This document shows, in pieces, positions 1 through 8,656 of a stretch of 32,000 nucleotides of DNA; position 1 is the stretch's first letter; every line of letters begins with the position of its first letter. The notes below the pieces were generated by a model. It worked only from the letters and a program-made list of their open reading frames with translations, ran no database searches and was not told where the DNA came from. This DNA is from Raphidiopsis brookii D9 (GTDB lineage: Bacteria > Cyanobacteriota > Cyanobacteriia > Cyanobacteriales > Nostocaceae). The position numbers were made by a program, and so were the translations under genes. The stretch covers positions 150,001 through 182,000 of the forward strand of contig ACYB01000035.1 of the NCBI GenBank assembly GCA_000175855.1, given 5' to 3'.

Positions 1-3000
1 ACTTTCGGTACCAGCTAGGTCAATGTCACCTGCACCTATAGAAGATATTAAAACAATTTTGACTTTAGCCCGTGTAATAGCGACATTCAGCCTCCTTTCT
101 CCACCTTTTTTGTTAAGCGGTCCAAAATTCAAAGTTAGTTTACCTTCACGATCGCGCCCATATCCAACACTAAGCAGAATTAGATCCCGCTCATCACCTT
201 GTACATTTTCTAAAGCTTTGAGAAAAAACCGATCAGAGTCATCCCGACAAAAAGCTTCCAACTCGGGATTCTTTCTTACTAATATATCTATCTGTTCCTG
301 AATGGCATTCTGTTGAGCTTGACTAAATGCGATAATCCCAAGGGACTGGTGAGAATTTTGTTCAAGATTTTTTCTAACATGTGCCAAGGTCAAATCAGCA
401 ACAGTTTTTGCCTCAATTTGGTTATCTCTACGCCCACCGCGATCATAAATACCATCGGAGACGTACTCAAACCATACCCCCAACTCCTGATTTTGAATGG
501 GGTTTGGAAATGTAACCAATTTTGAGTCATAAAAATGACGATTTGAAAAAGCAATTAATCTTTCATCTCGACTACGATAGTGCCACTTAAGTGTATATCC
601 AAACATAAAGTTTGAACATTCATCTAAGACACTTTCATAATTTGCATCATCTTCATCATCTATATCTTCCTCATTCTCAACTCTGGAGAAAAAAGATGTT
701 GGTGGAAGTTGCTTTCTATCGCCAATAACAATTACTTGATCGCAACGGATGATTGAAGAAACAACATCTTCAGTTCGCAGTTGTGAAGCTTCATCAAAAA
801 TGAGAACGTCAAAGTGAATTGCACTAGGGTCAATGTACTTACTCACTGACAAAGGACTCATCATCCAGCAAGGCTTGAGGGTTGAAACCAGTTGTTTGAT
901 ACCCTTTTCTTTGTCATTAAGAAGTTTACGAATCGGTAAGTGTTTCCGCTTTTTGGTTTCTTCTTTTCTCAATGTTCTCAACTCGGAACTACCATCTGTA
1001 GTTTCTTGAAACCTTTGCCACCTTTGTGCATGAATTTGTTTTAATCGTCGTTTAGCAATATCTAACTGACTATAGTCAAGTTCAGCAAAGTCTTTAATTT
1101 GCCGTTCATGCACATCAATTTTAAAGTTCTTCAACTCAGGTTTTTGAGCAAGAATGGAGTCAAGACAAGTTTGATAAATCAGTTTTTCCAGAGCTGTAAA
1201 CCAATAATTAGAATCGATCTTATTCCTACGCAAAGCATCCAAAAATTTCCTACATCCTAAATCTTCCAACTTTTGACAAGTTTCCTTGTAGGTCAGCCAC
1301 CCTTGCAGATCAGATAAACCAGAATGGGCAATATCCAAAAATTCTTTCAGTTTAGTAAGGGGGATTTTGTCGAAAGATAATCCGTCATCAGTGATATCAT
1401 TTTCCTGAAAATGCGACGATAAGAAATGAATTCCTTTCTCAATTTCCACAAAGTTTGATTCAAGCTTTTTAAGCAACTCCTGAACTTTACGTTTTCCTGA
1501 TGGAGAAACTAAAATGTTTTGGATATTTTCAACACAATCATCTAAAAAAGAATATTGCCGTAAATCAATTAACCAGCTTAAAGCCTCCTCAATAGTCCGT
1601 ACATCTGATTGTCTGGCAATTTCCGGATCGAACAGAGAACCAAAAGCTACACGAGCAGGGTAGTCACTTTGACTTAGCTTTATTCGAATATTTCTAACTT
1701 GCACTGCATGTGATAAATCTCGTTGTAATTCTAGATGAGAAACTGGGTGTTTTATAATTAATTTTTGTAAGTGCTGGCGATCTCTCCAATAGTTACGATT
1801 AAAAATACGAATCAGCCAGAAGCGGCTATAATTCTGATATCTTTGAGATAACTGAGGCAAATCTAGATCTGGAGAAAATAAGTCGGGAGAATATCTTTGT
1901 TTCAAGTGAGATTCAAAACTCTCAAGTACTTGAACATCATCTTTCAATTTTTTAATGGCATCTTCGGCATGGGAAATATTTATTTTAGACCAATTTTCTG
2001 GCAAGCACGCAGGAGCCCTTAATATATGAGATAAGGTATCACAATAAGTCCTTATTAACTCTAAATTTAAGGGTGCACCAACATGAAGAACTGATTTTAG
2101 CTCCTGGTTAATATCTCGGTTTAAAGATACTGCTTGCTGAAAATCTTCTATTTTTCCCCTCAATTCTAATTCGTGATCAAATGAGTAGGAATTCAAGGAG
2201 GTTTTTGCCCAAATTGTGGTTCTTTGTCCGTTAAAAAAGGGTAGAAACTGAGCTAGTTGATTCAGTAGATCTTTGGCTGATTGAAATTGATTAGGAGACC
2301 ACTGGTTGAAATTAGTAAATATAACATTATTAAGCTCTGGAACATTTTCTCTATTCTTTTTCAATAACTCACCAAATAACTCAAAAGCTGATTTATCTAG
2401 CGGTTTTTCCTTGCTATGTAAACTTTTAAGATAAGAGTTAACTGACTTACGGGCAGATATTAATTCAGTAAAAAAGCTATCGTGTTCTAATTCGTCAGAA
2501 ACATCAGAAATATGCTGGATTGTTTTTAACAAATTTTCTACCGGTTTTCTTTTGTCAGTTGCACCACCATGGTGGAGATCCAAGCACATATAATTTAAGT
2601 CGTCCATGCGGTCATAAACCACCTGAATAGCAGTCTTCTTTTCAGCAACCAGCAAAACTGATTTACCCGCACCAATTAATTCGGTAATCATATTAACAAT
2701 AGTTTGACTTTTGCCTGTTCCTGGTGGTCCCTGAACAACAAAACTATGACCATGCTTTGCTGCTTCAATCACAACCTGCTGGCTAGAGTCAGCATCAAGA
2801 ATTTGAAATATTTTTTCGGGACTACTTTGCAAATCTAAGTCTGATTCACGAGGTTGATCTTGGTAGTTTTTCTGGTAATTTTTCAGATCTCCACTAATCG
2901 CTTGTAAAATTGGGTGGTTAAGAATCCTATCTTTATTTTCAATAAGGTCTTTAACCATTGCAGCTTTAGCATAAGAAAATAGTGATAGAAAAATATTTTC

Positions 3001-3699
3001 CTTGATTTCCCATTTCTCTTGTCCTGGTAATTGTCCTGATAATTGTGGCGATAAAAGTTGAGTAATTTGGCTGATTAATTCGCTGTAAGCTACTTCTTGG
3101 ATTGCCTCTCCTTCTGGTAGTTCAATCCCACACATTTGGTTTAACTTTAATGAGAGCGTTGGATTAAGGACAACATCTTCCTCAAGAATACAGATGCTGT
3201 AGAGACTTCGCTTTGGTTCTTTAGTCAATTTCGCGGGAACAAGGATCAGAGGCGATGTTAGTGCTTCATTTGGCTTATCCAAGTCATACCAAGTCAGTGT
3301 TCCAAATGCTAAAAAGAGGCTATTTACCCCCATTTCTTCTAATGACAATCTTGATTCACTACATAGCTTTTTCAGTATTTTTACTTTCTCATCACCCTTT
3401 TGACGAGTTATTAATTGCAGATAACTTCTTATATTCTCATCTTTAATCTGCTCAGATTGAGGAATTCCCTCAACTTGTCCATACGCTTGAAAGTAAAATG
3501 GAAAGTAATATGTTTGTTTATCCTCAATTAAATGTTTAAAGATAACATTTGGTTCCGCCATAATTTCTAATGACCTAGGACCATCCTGGCGAAACTTAAT
3601 TAGAGGATTGCGTCGTCCTAGGTCTGCCAAACCGGCTTTCCATCGTTCAATTTTTTTTTCAGTAAGGTTCTTTAAAGACTCCGAATCCGAATTTTCCAT
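1..3699 (-). CDS. Superfamily 1 (Upf1/DNA2-like) helicase with DUF4011-type N-terminus; partial, C-terminus lies beyond the window start
   Basis: Not in the supplied track. I checked every in-frame triplet on the minus strand from the ATG (3697-3699) to base 1 and found no stop (1233 codons). GGAGG lies at 3706-3710, 6 nt upstream of the ATG. Walker A QGPPGTGKSQT is at 2701-2733, motif II DEASQ at 781-795, motif VI RRLNVAITRAK at 61-96. The N-terminus reads ...RWKAGLADLGRRNPLIKFRQDG... Confidence 0.9.
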   Translation of the reverse strand, partial: MENSDSESLKNLTEKKIERWKAGLADLGRRNPLIKFRQDGPRSLEIMAEPNVIFKHLIEDKQTYYFPFYFQAYGQVEGIPQSEQIKDENIRSYLQLITRQKGDEKVKILKKLCSESRLSLEEMGVNSLFLAFGTLTWYDLDKPNEALTSPLILVPAKLTKEPKRSLYSICILEEDVVLNPTLSLKLNQMCGIELPEGEAIQEVAYSELISQITQLLSPQLSGQLPGQEKWEIKENIFLSLFSYAKAAMVKDLIENKDRILNHPILQAISGDLKNYQKNYQDQPRESDLDLQSSPEKIFQILDADSSQQVVIEAAKHGHSFVVQGPPGTGKSQTIVNMITELIGAGKSVLLVAEKKTAIQVVYDRMDDLNYMCLDLHHGGATDKRKPVENLLKTIQHISDVSDELEHDSFFTELISARKSVNSYLKSLHSKEKPLDKSAFELFGELLKKNRENVPELNNVIFTNFNQWSPNQFQSAKDLLNQLAQFLPFFNGQRTTIWAKTSLNSYSFDHELELRGKIEDFQQAVSLNRDINQELKSVLHVGAPLNLELIRTYCDTLSHILRAPACLPENWSKINISHAEDAIKKLKDDVQVLESFESHLKQRYSPDLFSPDLDLPQLSQRYQNYSRFWLIRIFNRNYWRDRQHLQKLIIKHPVSHLELQRDLSHAVQVRNIRIKLSQSDYPARVAFGSLFDPEIARQSDVRTIEEALSWLIDLRQYSFLDDCVENIQNILVSPSGKRKVQELLKKLESNFVEIEKGIHFLSSHFQENDITDDGLSFDKIPLTKLKEFLDIAHSGLSDLQGWLTYKETCQKLEDLGCRKFLDALRRNKIDSNYWFTALEKLIYQTCLDSILAQKPELKNFKIDVHERQIKDFAELDYSQLDIAKRRLKQIHAQRWQRFQETTDGSSELRTLRKEETKKRKHLPIRKLLNDKEKGIKQLVSTLKPCWMMSPLSVSKYIDPSAIHFDVLIFDEASQLRTEDVVSSIIRCDQVIVIGDRKQLPPTSFFSRVENEEDIDDEDDANYESVLDECSNFMFGYTLKWHYRSRDERLIAFSNRHFYDSKLVTFPNPIQNQELGVWFEYVSDGIYDRGGRRDNQIEAKTVADLTLAHVRKNLEQNSHQSLGIIAFSQAQQNAIQEQIDILVRKNPELEAFCRDDSDRFFLKALENVQGDERDLILLSVGYGRDREGKLTLNFGPLNKKGGERRLNVAITRAKVKIVLISSIGAGDIDLAGTES

Positions 3700-3757
3700 G
3701 TTAAACCTCCTCACAAATATTCACAGATACATTTACAAACATAAGTAAATGCCTTTA

Positions 3758-3796
3758 TTAGTGTACTAAATTAGTATACCAAATTAGTGTACCAAA
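3758..3796. repeat. Three tandem 13-bp repeats TTAGTRTACYAAA upstream of the helicase start
   Basis: The copies are ttagtgtactaaa (3758-3770), ttagtataccaaa (3771-3783) and ttagtgtaccaaa (3784-3796), 59-97 nt upstream of the helicase ATG. Copy 1 is itself TTAGT-gt-ACTAA. Confidence 0.8.
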
Positions 3797-3905
3797 TTTT
3801 TCTGTCTAATCAAACACAATTTTCTACTTTCTAAATCCTACTTGTGGTGAGGTTAAGGGAAGTAATATGCTAGATGGGGGTAGTTCTAAGTTTTAAGTTA
3901 GCACA

Positions 3906-3932
3906 CTCCCCGCTGTAAGCGAGGAGATTTTT
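3906..3932 (+). terminator. Intrinsic-terminator-like hairpin plus T5 run, oriented on the + strand with no annotated + strand gene upstream
   Basis: Stem ctccccgct (3906-3914) pairs with agcgaggag (3918-3926) at 8 of 9 positions, loop gta, followed by a-ttttt (3928-3932). Confidence 0.3.
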
Positions 3933-3951
3933 GCACAGGTTAATTCAATTT

Positions 3952-3965
3952 TTAGTTATAACTAA
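3952..3965. repeat. Perfect 14-bp palindrome TTAGTTATAACTAA just downstream of the trpB stop
   Basis: The sequence ttagttataactaa equals its own reverse complement. It shares TTAGT/ACTAA half-sites with repeat copy 1 at 3758-3769. Confidence 0.8.
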
Positions 3966-3994
3966 GAAAGTTAAAGCACGAATATACTACACAA

Positions 3995-5257
3995 TTAAGT
4001 TGGAATAAGAAATTTCGCTGCTGTCTGTACATCCTTATCACCCCTACCAGAACAGTTAATCACAATTCGTGGACTACCTATGAGCTGAGGACATAAAGTT
4101 TCCAAATAGGCGATCGCATGGGATGTTTCCAAGGCTGGTATGATTCCCTCCAATTGAGACAGTCTTTGAAAAGCCTCCAAAGCTTCCTTATCTGTTACAC
4201 TATAATATTCAGCTCTACCCGTATCCTTCATATAACTGTGTTCTGGTCCAACACCAGGATAATCAAGTCCTGCACTAATAGAGTGTGGTTCAATAACCTG
4301 TCCCTCCCCGTCCTGTAGTAAATAACTCATGGCACCATGCAACACACCCACTTCTCCTTTGGTCAGAGTAGCAGCATGTTTACCAGTATCCACTCCTTCA
4401 CCAGCTGCTTCTACACCAATTAATCGTACAGAAGGTTCTTTAACAAACTCATGGAAAAGTCCCATAGCATTAGAACCACCACCTACACAAGCCAAAAGAA
4501 TATCCGGTAAACCACCCCATTTTTCTACCGCTTGCTCACGGGTTTCCCGACCAATAACAGCATGAAAATCCCGCACCATCATGGGGTAAGGGTGAGGACC
4601 AGCAACAGATCCCAGAATATAATGGGTGGTTTCCACATTAGTTACCCAGTCGCGAATAGCTTCAGACGTGGCATCTTTAAGAGTACCTGTCCCCGCAGCT
4701 ACCCCCCTTACCTCCGCACCCATTAAGCGCATTCTAAATACATTTAAAGATTGGCGTTCCATGTCATGAACACCCATATAAATAATACATTTCAATCCAA
4801 AACGAGCGCACACGGTTGCCGTAGCTACCCCATGCTGTCCTGCTCCGGTTTCAGCAATAATTCTCTCTTTACCCATGCGTTTGGCTAAAAGTACCTGACC
4901 AAGAGCATTATTAATTTTATGAGCACCTGTATGATTTAGGTCCTCACGTTTTAAATAAATTTGCGCCCCAGTACCATCAGGACGAGAATAATGAGCAGTA
5001 AGTCTTTGGGCAAAATATAGAGGTGTAGAGCGTCCTACATAATCTTTTAGTAAAGCCTGTAATTCGGTTTGAAAATCCGATTCCTGGCGATAACGCTGAT
5101 AAGCAGCTTCCAATTCAAACAGAGCTGGCATTAAAGTTTCCGGAACATATTTGCCCCCAAAGCGACCAAAACGTCCCAGACTATCGGGGACAGAACTAGC
5201 TTGGGAGAGGTTAGGAGAAAGGGGAGTAGTAATCACAGATGGAGTAAAAGGAGACAA
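3995..5257 (-). CDS. trpB: Tryptophan synthase beta chain
   Basis: 420-aa ORF with the PLP-lysine motif [11 protein letters not shown] and GGGSNAMG. It is full length. The start codon is non-ATG (TTG at 5257, alternative GTG at 5236), so the start is uncertain. Confidence 0.93.
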   Translation of the reverse strand: MSPFTPSVITTPLSPNLSQASSVPDSLGRFGRFGGKYVPETLMPALFELEAAYQRYRQESDFQTELQALLKDYVGRSTPLYFAQRLTAHYSRPDGTGAQIYLKREDLNHTGAHKINNALGQVLLAKRMGKERIIAETGAGQHGVATATVCARFGLKCIIYMGVHDMERQSLNVFRMRLMGAEVRGVAAGTGTLKDATSEAIRDWVTNVETTHYILGSVAGPHPYPMMVRDFHAVIGRETREQAVEKWGGLPDILLACVGGGSNAMGLFHEFVKEPSVRLIGVEAAGEGVDTGKHAATLTKGEVGVLHGAMSYLLQDGEGQVIEPHSISAGLDYPGVGPEHSYMKDTGRAEYYSVTDKEALEAFQRLSQLEGIIPALETSHAIAYLETLCPQLIGSPRIVINCSGRGDKDVQTAAKFLIPT

Positions 5258-5291
5258 CAGGGTTAATTTTAAGAGTTAACTAATTTTAATT

Positions 5292-5316
5292 CTATCTGCA
5301 ATTATCTTGCAGATAG
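5292..5316 (-). terminator. Perfect 10-bp stem hairpin between ndhJ and trpB
   Basis: ctatctgcaa (5292-5301), loop ttatc, ttgcagatag (5307-5316), 38 nt downstream of the ndhJ stop. The trailing sequence is A/T-rich but is not a clean U-tract. Confidence 0.4.
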
Positions 5317-5353
5317 ATATTGGTGGTCTGGACAAGAGCATGAAAAATGCTAC

Positions 5354-5869
5354 TTAATAAGCATCTTGCAATTCGTAGAAATCCGGTGAAATGTAGTCCT
5401 TACGCAAAGGCCAACCCACCCAGTCCTCAGGCATGAGGATTCGTTTCAAATTGGGATGACCCTCATAAATAATACCAAACATGTCATAGGATTCCCGTTC
5501 TTGCCAGTCAGCAGTCCGCCAAATCCAATACACAGATGGTACAACGGGATTCTCTCTGGGTAAGAATACCTTAATTCTTACTTCGGCTGGTTTATCAGCA
5601 TCACTACTGACCTTAATCAAATGGTAAACACTGACTAAATCCTGCCCAGGACCTAAATCAATACCTCCTTGAAACTGGAGATAATTAAACCCATAGGCAT
5701 ATAAAGCCGTTGCGGTAGGTAGCAGAAAATCCGGTGCCACCTTAATAATTTCTACCCCGTTGACATCAGGACTTAAAGACTCATGGTCAAAGCCATTTTC
5801 CGTTAACCAGGTAGAAACCTGACCTGCAGGAACCAGTTTAGATTCCGCTTGAGATTCCACATCAGCCAC
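5354..5869 (-). CDS. ndhJ: NAD(P)H-quinone oxidoreductase (NDH-1) subunit J
   Basis: 171-aa ORF of the NuoC/30-kDa family (…[27 protein letters not shown]…). It is the last gene of the conserved ndhC-K-J order and its start overlaps the ndhK stop. Confidence 0.93.
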   Translation of the reverse strand: MADVESQAESKLVPAGQVSTWLTENGFDHESLSPDVNGVEIIKVAPDFLLPTATALYAYGFNYLQFQGGIDLGPGQDLVSVYHLIKVSSDADKPAEVRIKVFLPRENPVVPSVYWIWRTADWQERESYDMFGIIYEGHPNLKRILMPEDWVGWPLRKDYISPDFYELQDAY

Positions 5870-6596
5870 GCTTTTGTTCCTCCTTTGTCCTAGATGTCAA
5901 CAATGCAGGTGGTACAGGCATACCAATTGCTTCGGTTAATTCCTTGGGTGGATTATAGCGAGTTTCTGATTGTAAATACTTACCAGTTAAAATCTCTGGA
6001 ACTGGTTTCATGCTGTGGGTAGTACTGTAATAGCGATGGGTTTGCTTGATTTGATTCCGCTCCTGCATAGAATCATTAGCAATTTTCTTGCGCAACTTAA
6101 TAATTGCATCAATAATTGCTTCCGGACGAGGAGGACAACCAGGCAAATACACATCTACAGGAATCAACTTATCTACCCCGCGCACCGCACTAGGAGAGTC
6201 CACGCTAAACATACCACCAGTAATAGTACAAGCTCCCATAGCGATCACATACTTAGGTTCAGGCATTTGTTCATAAAGACGTACCAATTGAGGACCCATC
6301 TTCATGGTAATTGTGCCAGCAGTAATCAATAAATCGGCTTGCCGAGGGCTAGAACGGGGAATTAACCCAAAACGGTCGAAGTCGAAACGAGAGCCAATTA
6401 AAGCGGCAAATTCAATGAAACAGCAAGCTGTACCAAATAACAAAGGCCACAAACTAGAAAGCCTAGCCCAGTTATAGAGGTCATCTACTGTGGTTAAGAT
6501 GACGTTTTCTGACAGTTCTTGAGTAACTGTGGGCCGTTCAATAGGATTAATAATTCTTTCTTTGTCCTGGGTGGTTAAATTAGAACCTACGACCAT
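5862..6596 (-). CDS. ndhK: NDH-1 subunit K (NuoB-like, Fe-S cluster N2)
   Basis: 244-aa ORF with the cysteine motifs [19 protein letters not shown] and [10 protein letters not shown]. Confidence 0.95.
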   Translation of the reverse strand: MVVGSNLTTQDKERIINPIERPTVTQELSENVILTTVDDLYNWARLSSLWPLLFGTACCFIEFAALIGSRFDFDRFGLIPRSSPRQADLLITAGTITMKMGPQLVRLYEQMPEPKYVIAMGACTITGGMFSVDSPSAVRGVDKLIPVDVYLPGCPPRPEAIIDAIIKLRKKIANDSMQERNQIKQTHRYYSTTHSMKPVPEILTGKYLQSETRYNPPKELTEAIGMPVPPALLTSRTKEEQKRG

Positions 6597-6949
6597 TCTA
6601 ATGCTCCTTTACGCCATGCGTAAACTAGTGCGATTACAAGAATCGCAATAAAAATCAATGCCTCTATAAATGCCAATAATCCTAGACGGTGGAAAGCCAC
6701 CGCCCAAGGGTAAAGAAAAACCGTCTCCACGTCAAAGACAACAAAGACTAGAGCAAACATATAGTAGCGAATGTTAAATTGAATCCAGGCACCACCAAAA
6801 GGTTCCATACCGGACTCATAAGTAGTACGTCGTTCAGGACTGTAGCTACTAGGTCTCAGGATTTTAGATGCTGACAGCGCCAGGGCTGGAACTAGGCTAC
6901 AAAGGATTAAGAAGCCTAGAAGATATTCGTAACCGCTAAGGACAAACAC
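6587..6949 (-). CDS. ndhC: NDH-1 subunit C (NuoA-like membrane subunit)
   Basis: 120-aa hydrophobic ORF with three predicted TM segments and the …YESGMEP…FDVE… motif. It overlaps the ndhK start by 10 nt. Confidence 0.93.
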   Translation of the reverse strand: MFVLSGYEYLLGFLILCSLVPALALSASKILRPSSYSPERRTTYESGMEPFGGAWIQFNIRYYMFALVFVVFDVETVFLYPWAVAFHRLGLLAFIEALIFIAILVIALVYAWRKGALEWS

Positions 6950-7147
6950 AATGGATATCTACCAAATTATGGGGAAAATAAGGCTGTGAGCTTCTTTTAC
7001 ATTATATCTTTTCGACATGTCTGAAATCTAGGAAACAGACAGACTAAACTATTGGATTAGGTTTTGACAATTATCGAAAAGTTTTACAAATATAATGTCA
7101 TAATTTTTAACGTATCTTTAAGATTTCCCCTCTAGGAGAATCCGACC

Positions 7148-7492
7148 ATGAGTGAACAAGCTCAAGAAGCTCTGGAGACCGAGGCGCCAGACCGTTATGA
7201 GTGTCGCGCCTGCGGTTATGTTTATGAACCAGAGAAGGGAGATGATAAATATAATATCCCAGCGGGCACAGCTTTTGCCGACTTACCGACAAATTGGAAA
7301 TGTCCAGTATGTAGTGCTAAGAAAGTGGCTTTTGCCAATATTGGTCCTACGGGAACTGCTTCTGGTTTCAAAGAAAACTTAGGTTACGGTCTTGGTGTTA
7401 ATCAACTCACACCAACACAAAAAAACATCTTGATTTTTGGTGCCTTAGCCCTAGCATTCTTGTTTTTTATTAGTCTCTACGGCTTACAATAA
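7148..7492 (+). CDS. rubA: Membrane-anchored rubredoxin RubA
   Basis: 114-aa ORF with two CxxC pairs (CRACG, CPVCS) and a C-terminal TM helix (ILIFGALALAFLFFISLYG). It sits directly upstream of ycf48, as in other cyanobacteria. Confidence 0.93.
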   Translation: MSEQAQEALETEAPDRYECRACGYVYEPEKGDDKYNIPAGTAFADLPTNWKCPVCSAKKVAFANIGPTGTASGFKENLGYGLGVNQLTPTQKNILIFGALALAFLFFISLYGLQ

Positions 7493-7553
7493 GAGCCCTC
7501 TAGGGCTAAAACCTGTGAAAATTCAACTCTTGATTAAAGACTAAAACATACTG

Positions 7554-8585
7554 ATGAGTTCAATAACAAAAAAGTGGCAAGGATTATTTGCCGTGTTACT
7601 AGTGGTGCTGACCTGTATTGCTTGTAGTAAGGTTCCATCTACCAGTTTTAACCCTTGGGAAATAATTAGTGTTCCAACAGAGGAAAAACTGTTTGATATT
7701 GCCTTTACAGATGAGCCCAATCATGGTTATTTGGTAGGGAGCAATGCTACTTTATTAGAAACTAAAGATGGTGGAAACAATTGGCAGCGTTTAGAGTTAG
7801 CAGTGGAAGAGCCAAAGTCTCGTTTTGACTCTATTAGTTTCGCTGGTCAAGAAGGTTGGATTGTGGGTGAACCCTCCGTACTACTACATACCACCGATGG
7901 TGGTAAATCTTGGTCTAGCTTACCCCTGAGTCAGAAATTACCTGGTAGCCCTATTTTAGTAAAAGCTCTGGGTGAAAATGCGGCAGAAATGGCCACGGAT
8001 GTGGGAGCAATATATGGGACTACAGATGGTGGTTTAAACTGGAAGGCTCAAGTAGAAACCGCTGTGGGTGTGGTGCGCAATTTAGAGCGTTCTAGTGACG
8101 GTAAATATATTGCTGTTTCTGCTAAGGGTAGTTTTTATTCTGTTTGGGAACCGGGGATGACTGCTTGGGAACCCCATAATCGCAATAGTTCCCGACGTTT
8201 GGAAAATATGGGTTTTGCTGATAACGGTCAACTCTGGTTATTAGCAAGGGGTGGTCAAGTGCAATTTAGTGACCCAGCTAAATCGGATGAGTGGTTAGAA
8301 GCTACATATCCAGAGTTGTCTACCAGTTGGGGTTTGTTAGATTTAGCTTATCGCACACCCGAGGAAATCTGGATTGGTGGCGGTAGTGGTAATTTATTAC
8401 GCAGCACAGATGGTGGTCAAACTTGGGAAAAAGACCGAGATGTGGAAGAGGTTGCTGCTAATTTATATAAGGTTGTATTTTTCAACCCTGATCAAGGTTT
8501 TATTATTGGTGATCATGGTGTGTTGCTTAAATATAATCCTCATAATCCCAAGGAGGAAAATACCACTCCAGCTGATGTAATTTAG
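7554..8585 (+). CDS. ycf48: Photosystem II assembly factor Ycf48 (HCF136 homologue)
   Basis: 343-aa ORF with a lipoprotein-type signal (…LTCIAC-S) and repeated beta-propeller motifs TKDGGNNW, TTDGGKSW, TTDGGLNW and STDGGQTW. Confidence 0.93.
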   Translation: MSSITKKWQGLFAVLLVVLTCIACSKVPSTSFNPWEIISVPTEEKLFDIAFTDEPNHGYLVGSNATLLETKDGGNNWQRLELAVEEPKSRFDSISFAGQEGWIVGEPSVLLHTTDGGKSWSSLPLSQKLPGSPILVKALGENAAEMATDVGAIYGTTDGGLNWKAQVETAVGVVRNLERSSDGKYIAVSAKGSFYSVWEPGMTAWEPHNRNSSRRLENMGFADNGQLWLLARGGQVQFSDPAKSDEWLEATYPELSTSWGLLDLAYRTPEEIWIGGGSGNLLRSTDGGQTWEKDRDVEEVAANLYKVVFFNPDQGFIIGDHGVLLKYNPHNPKEENTTPADVI

Positions 8586-8636
8586 TTGATGGTTTAGTAG
8601 CCAGAACGTCATCAACTCCTTATATAGCGTTCTGGC
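8584..8636 (+). other. Two interleaved inverted repeats (pseudoknot or alternative-hairpin topology) between ycf48 and the methyltransferase gene
   Basis: Stem A is agttgatg (8584-8591) with catcaact (8610-8617). Stem B is gccagaacg (8600-8608) with cgttctggc (8628-8636). Both are perfect, and their arms alternate A5'-B5'-A3'-B3'. Confidence 0.5.
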
Positions 8637-8656
8637 ACAACCCATGATTCATAAAA

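Noticed and set aside
23-525. Two + strand ORFs from the track (23-301, 313-525)
   Set aside because: They lie antisense inside the helicase reading frame, which carries unmistakable SF1 motifs V/VI here. Their translations are low-complexity with no recognisable motif.
3255-3446. + strand 63-aa ORF
   Set aside because: It is antisense to the DUF4011-type N-terminal region of the helicase ORF and shows no supporting signal.
3758-3796. Tandem 13-bp repeats as a CRISPR array or minisatellite
   Set aside because: There are no spacers, since the copies abut directly. There are only three copies, and each is far shorter than a CRISPR repeat. They fit operator-like sites better.
4118-4726. Three + strand ORFs inside trpB (4118-4318, 4329-4565, 4532-4726)
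   Set aside because: They are antisense to a highly conserved full-length trpB. Pro/Ser/Thr-rich translations are typical of antisense frames.
6015-6332. + strand ORFs inside ndhK (6015-6332, 6088-6276)
   Set aside because: They are antisense to ndhK and show no independent support.
7064-7096. Sigma-70-type promoter for rubA (TTGACA at 7064-7069, TATAAT at 7091-7096)
   Set aside because: Both hexamers are perfect, but they are separated by 21 nt, well outside the usual 16-18 nt spacing. I do not call it as a feature.
7107-7382. ORFs overlapping rubA (7107-7292 minus, 7152-7382 plus)
   Set aside because: They overlap the rubredoxin frame, which has both CxxC pairs and the TM anchor. These alternative frames have no motifs.
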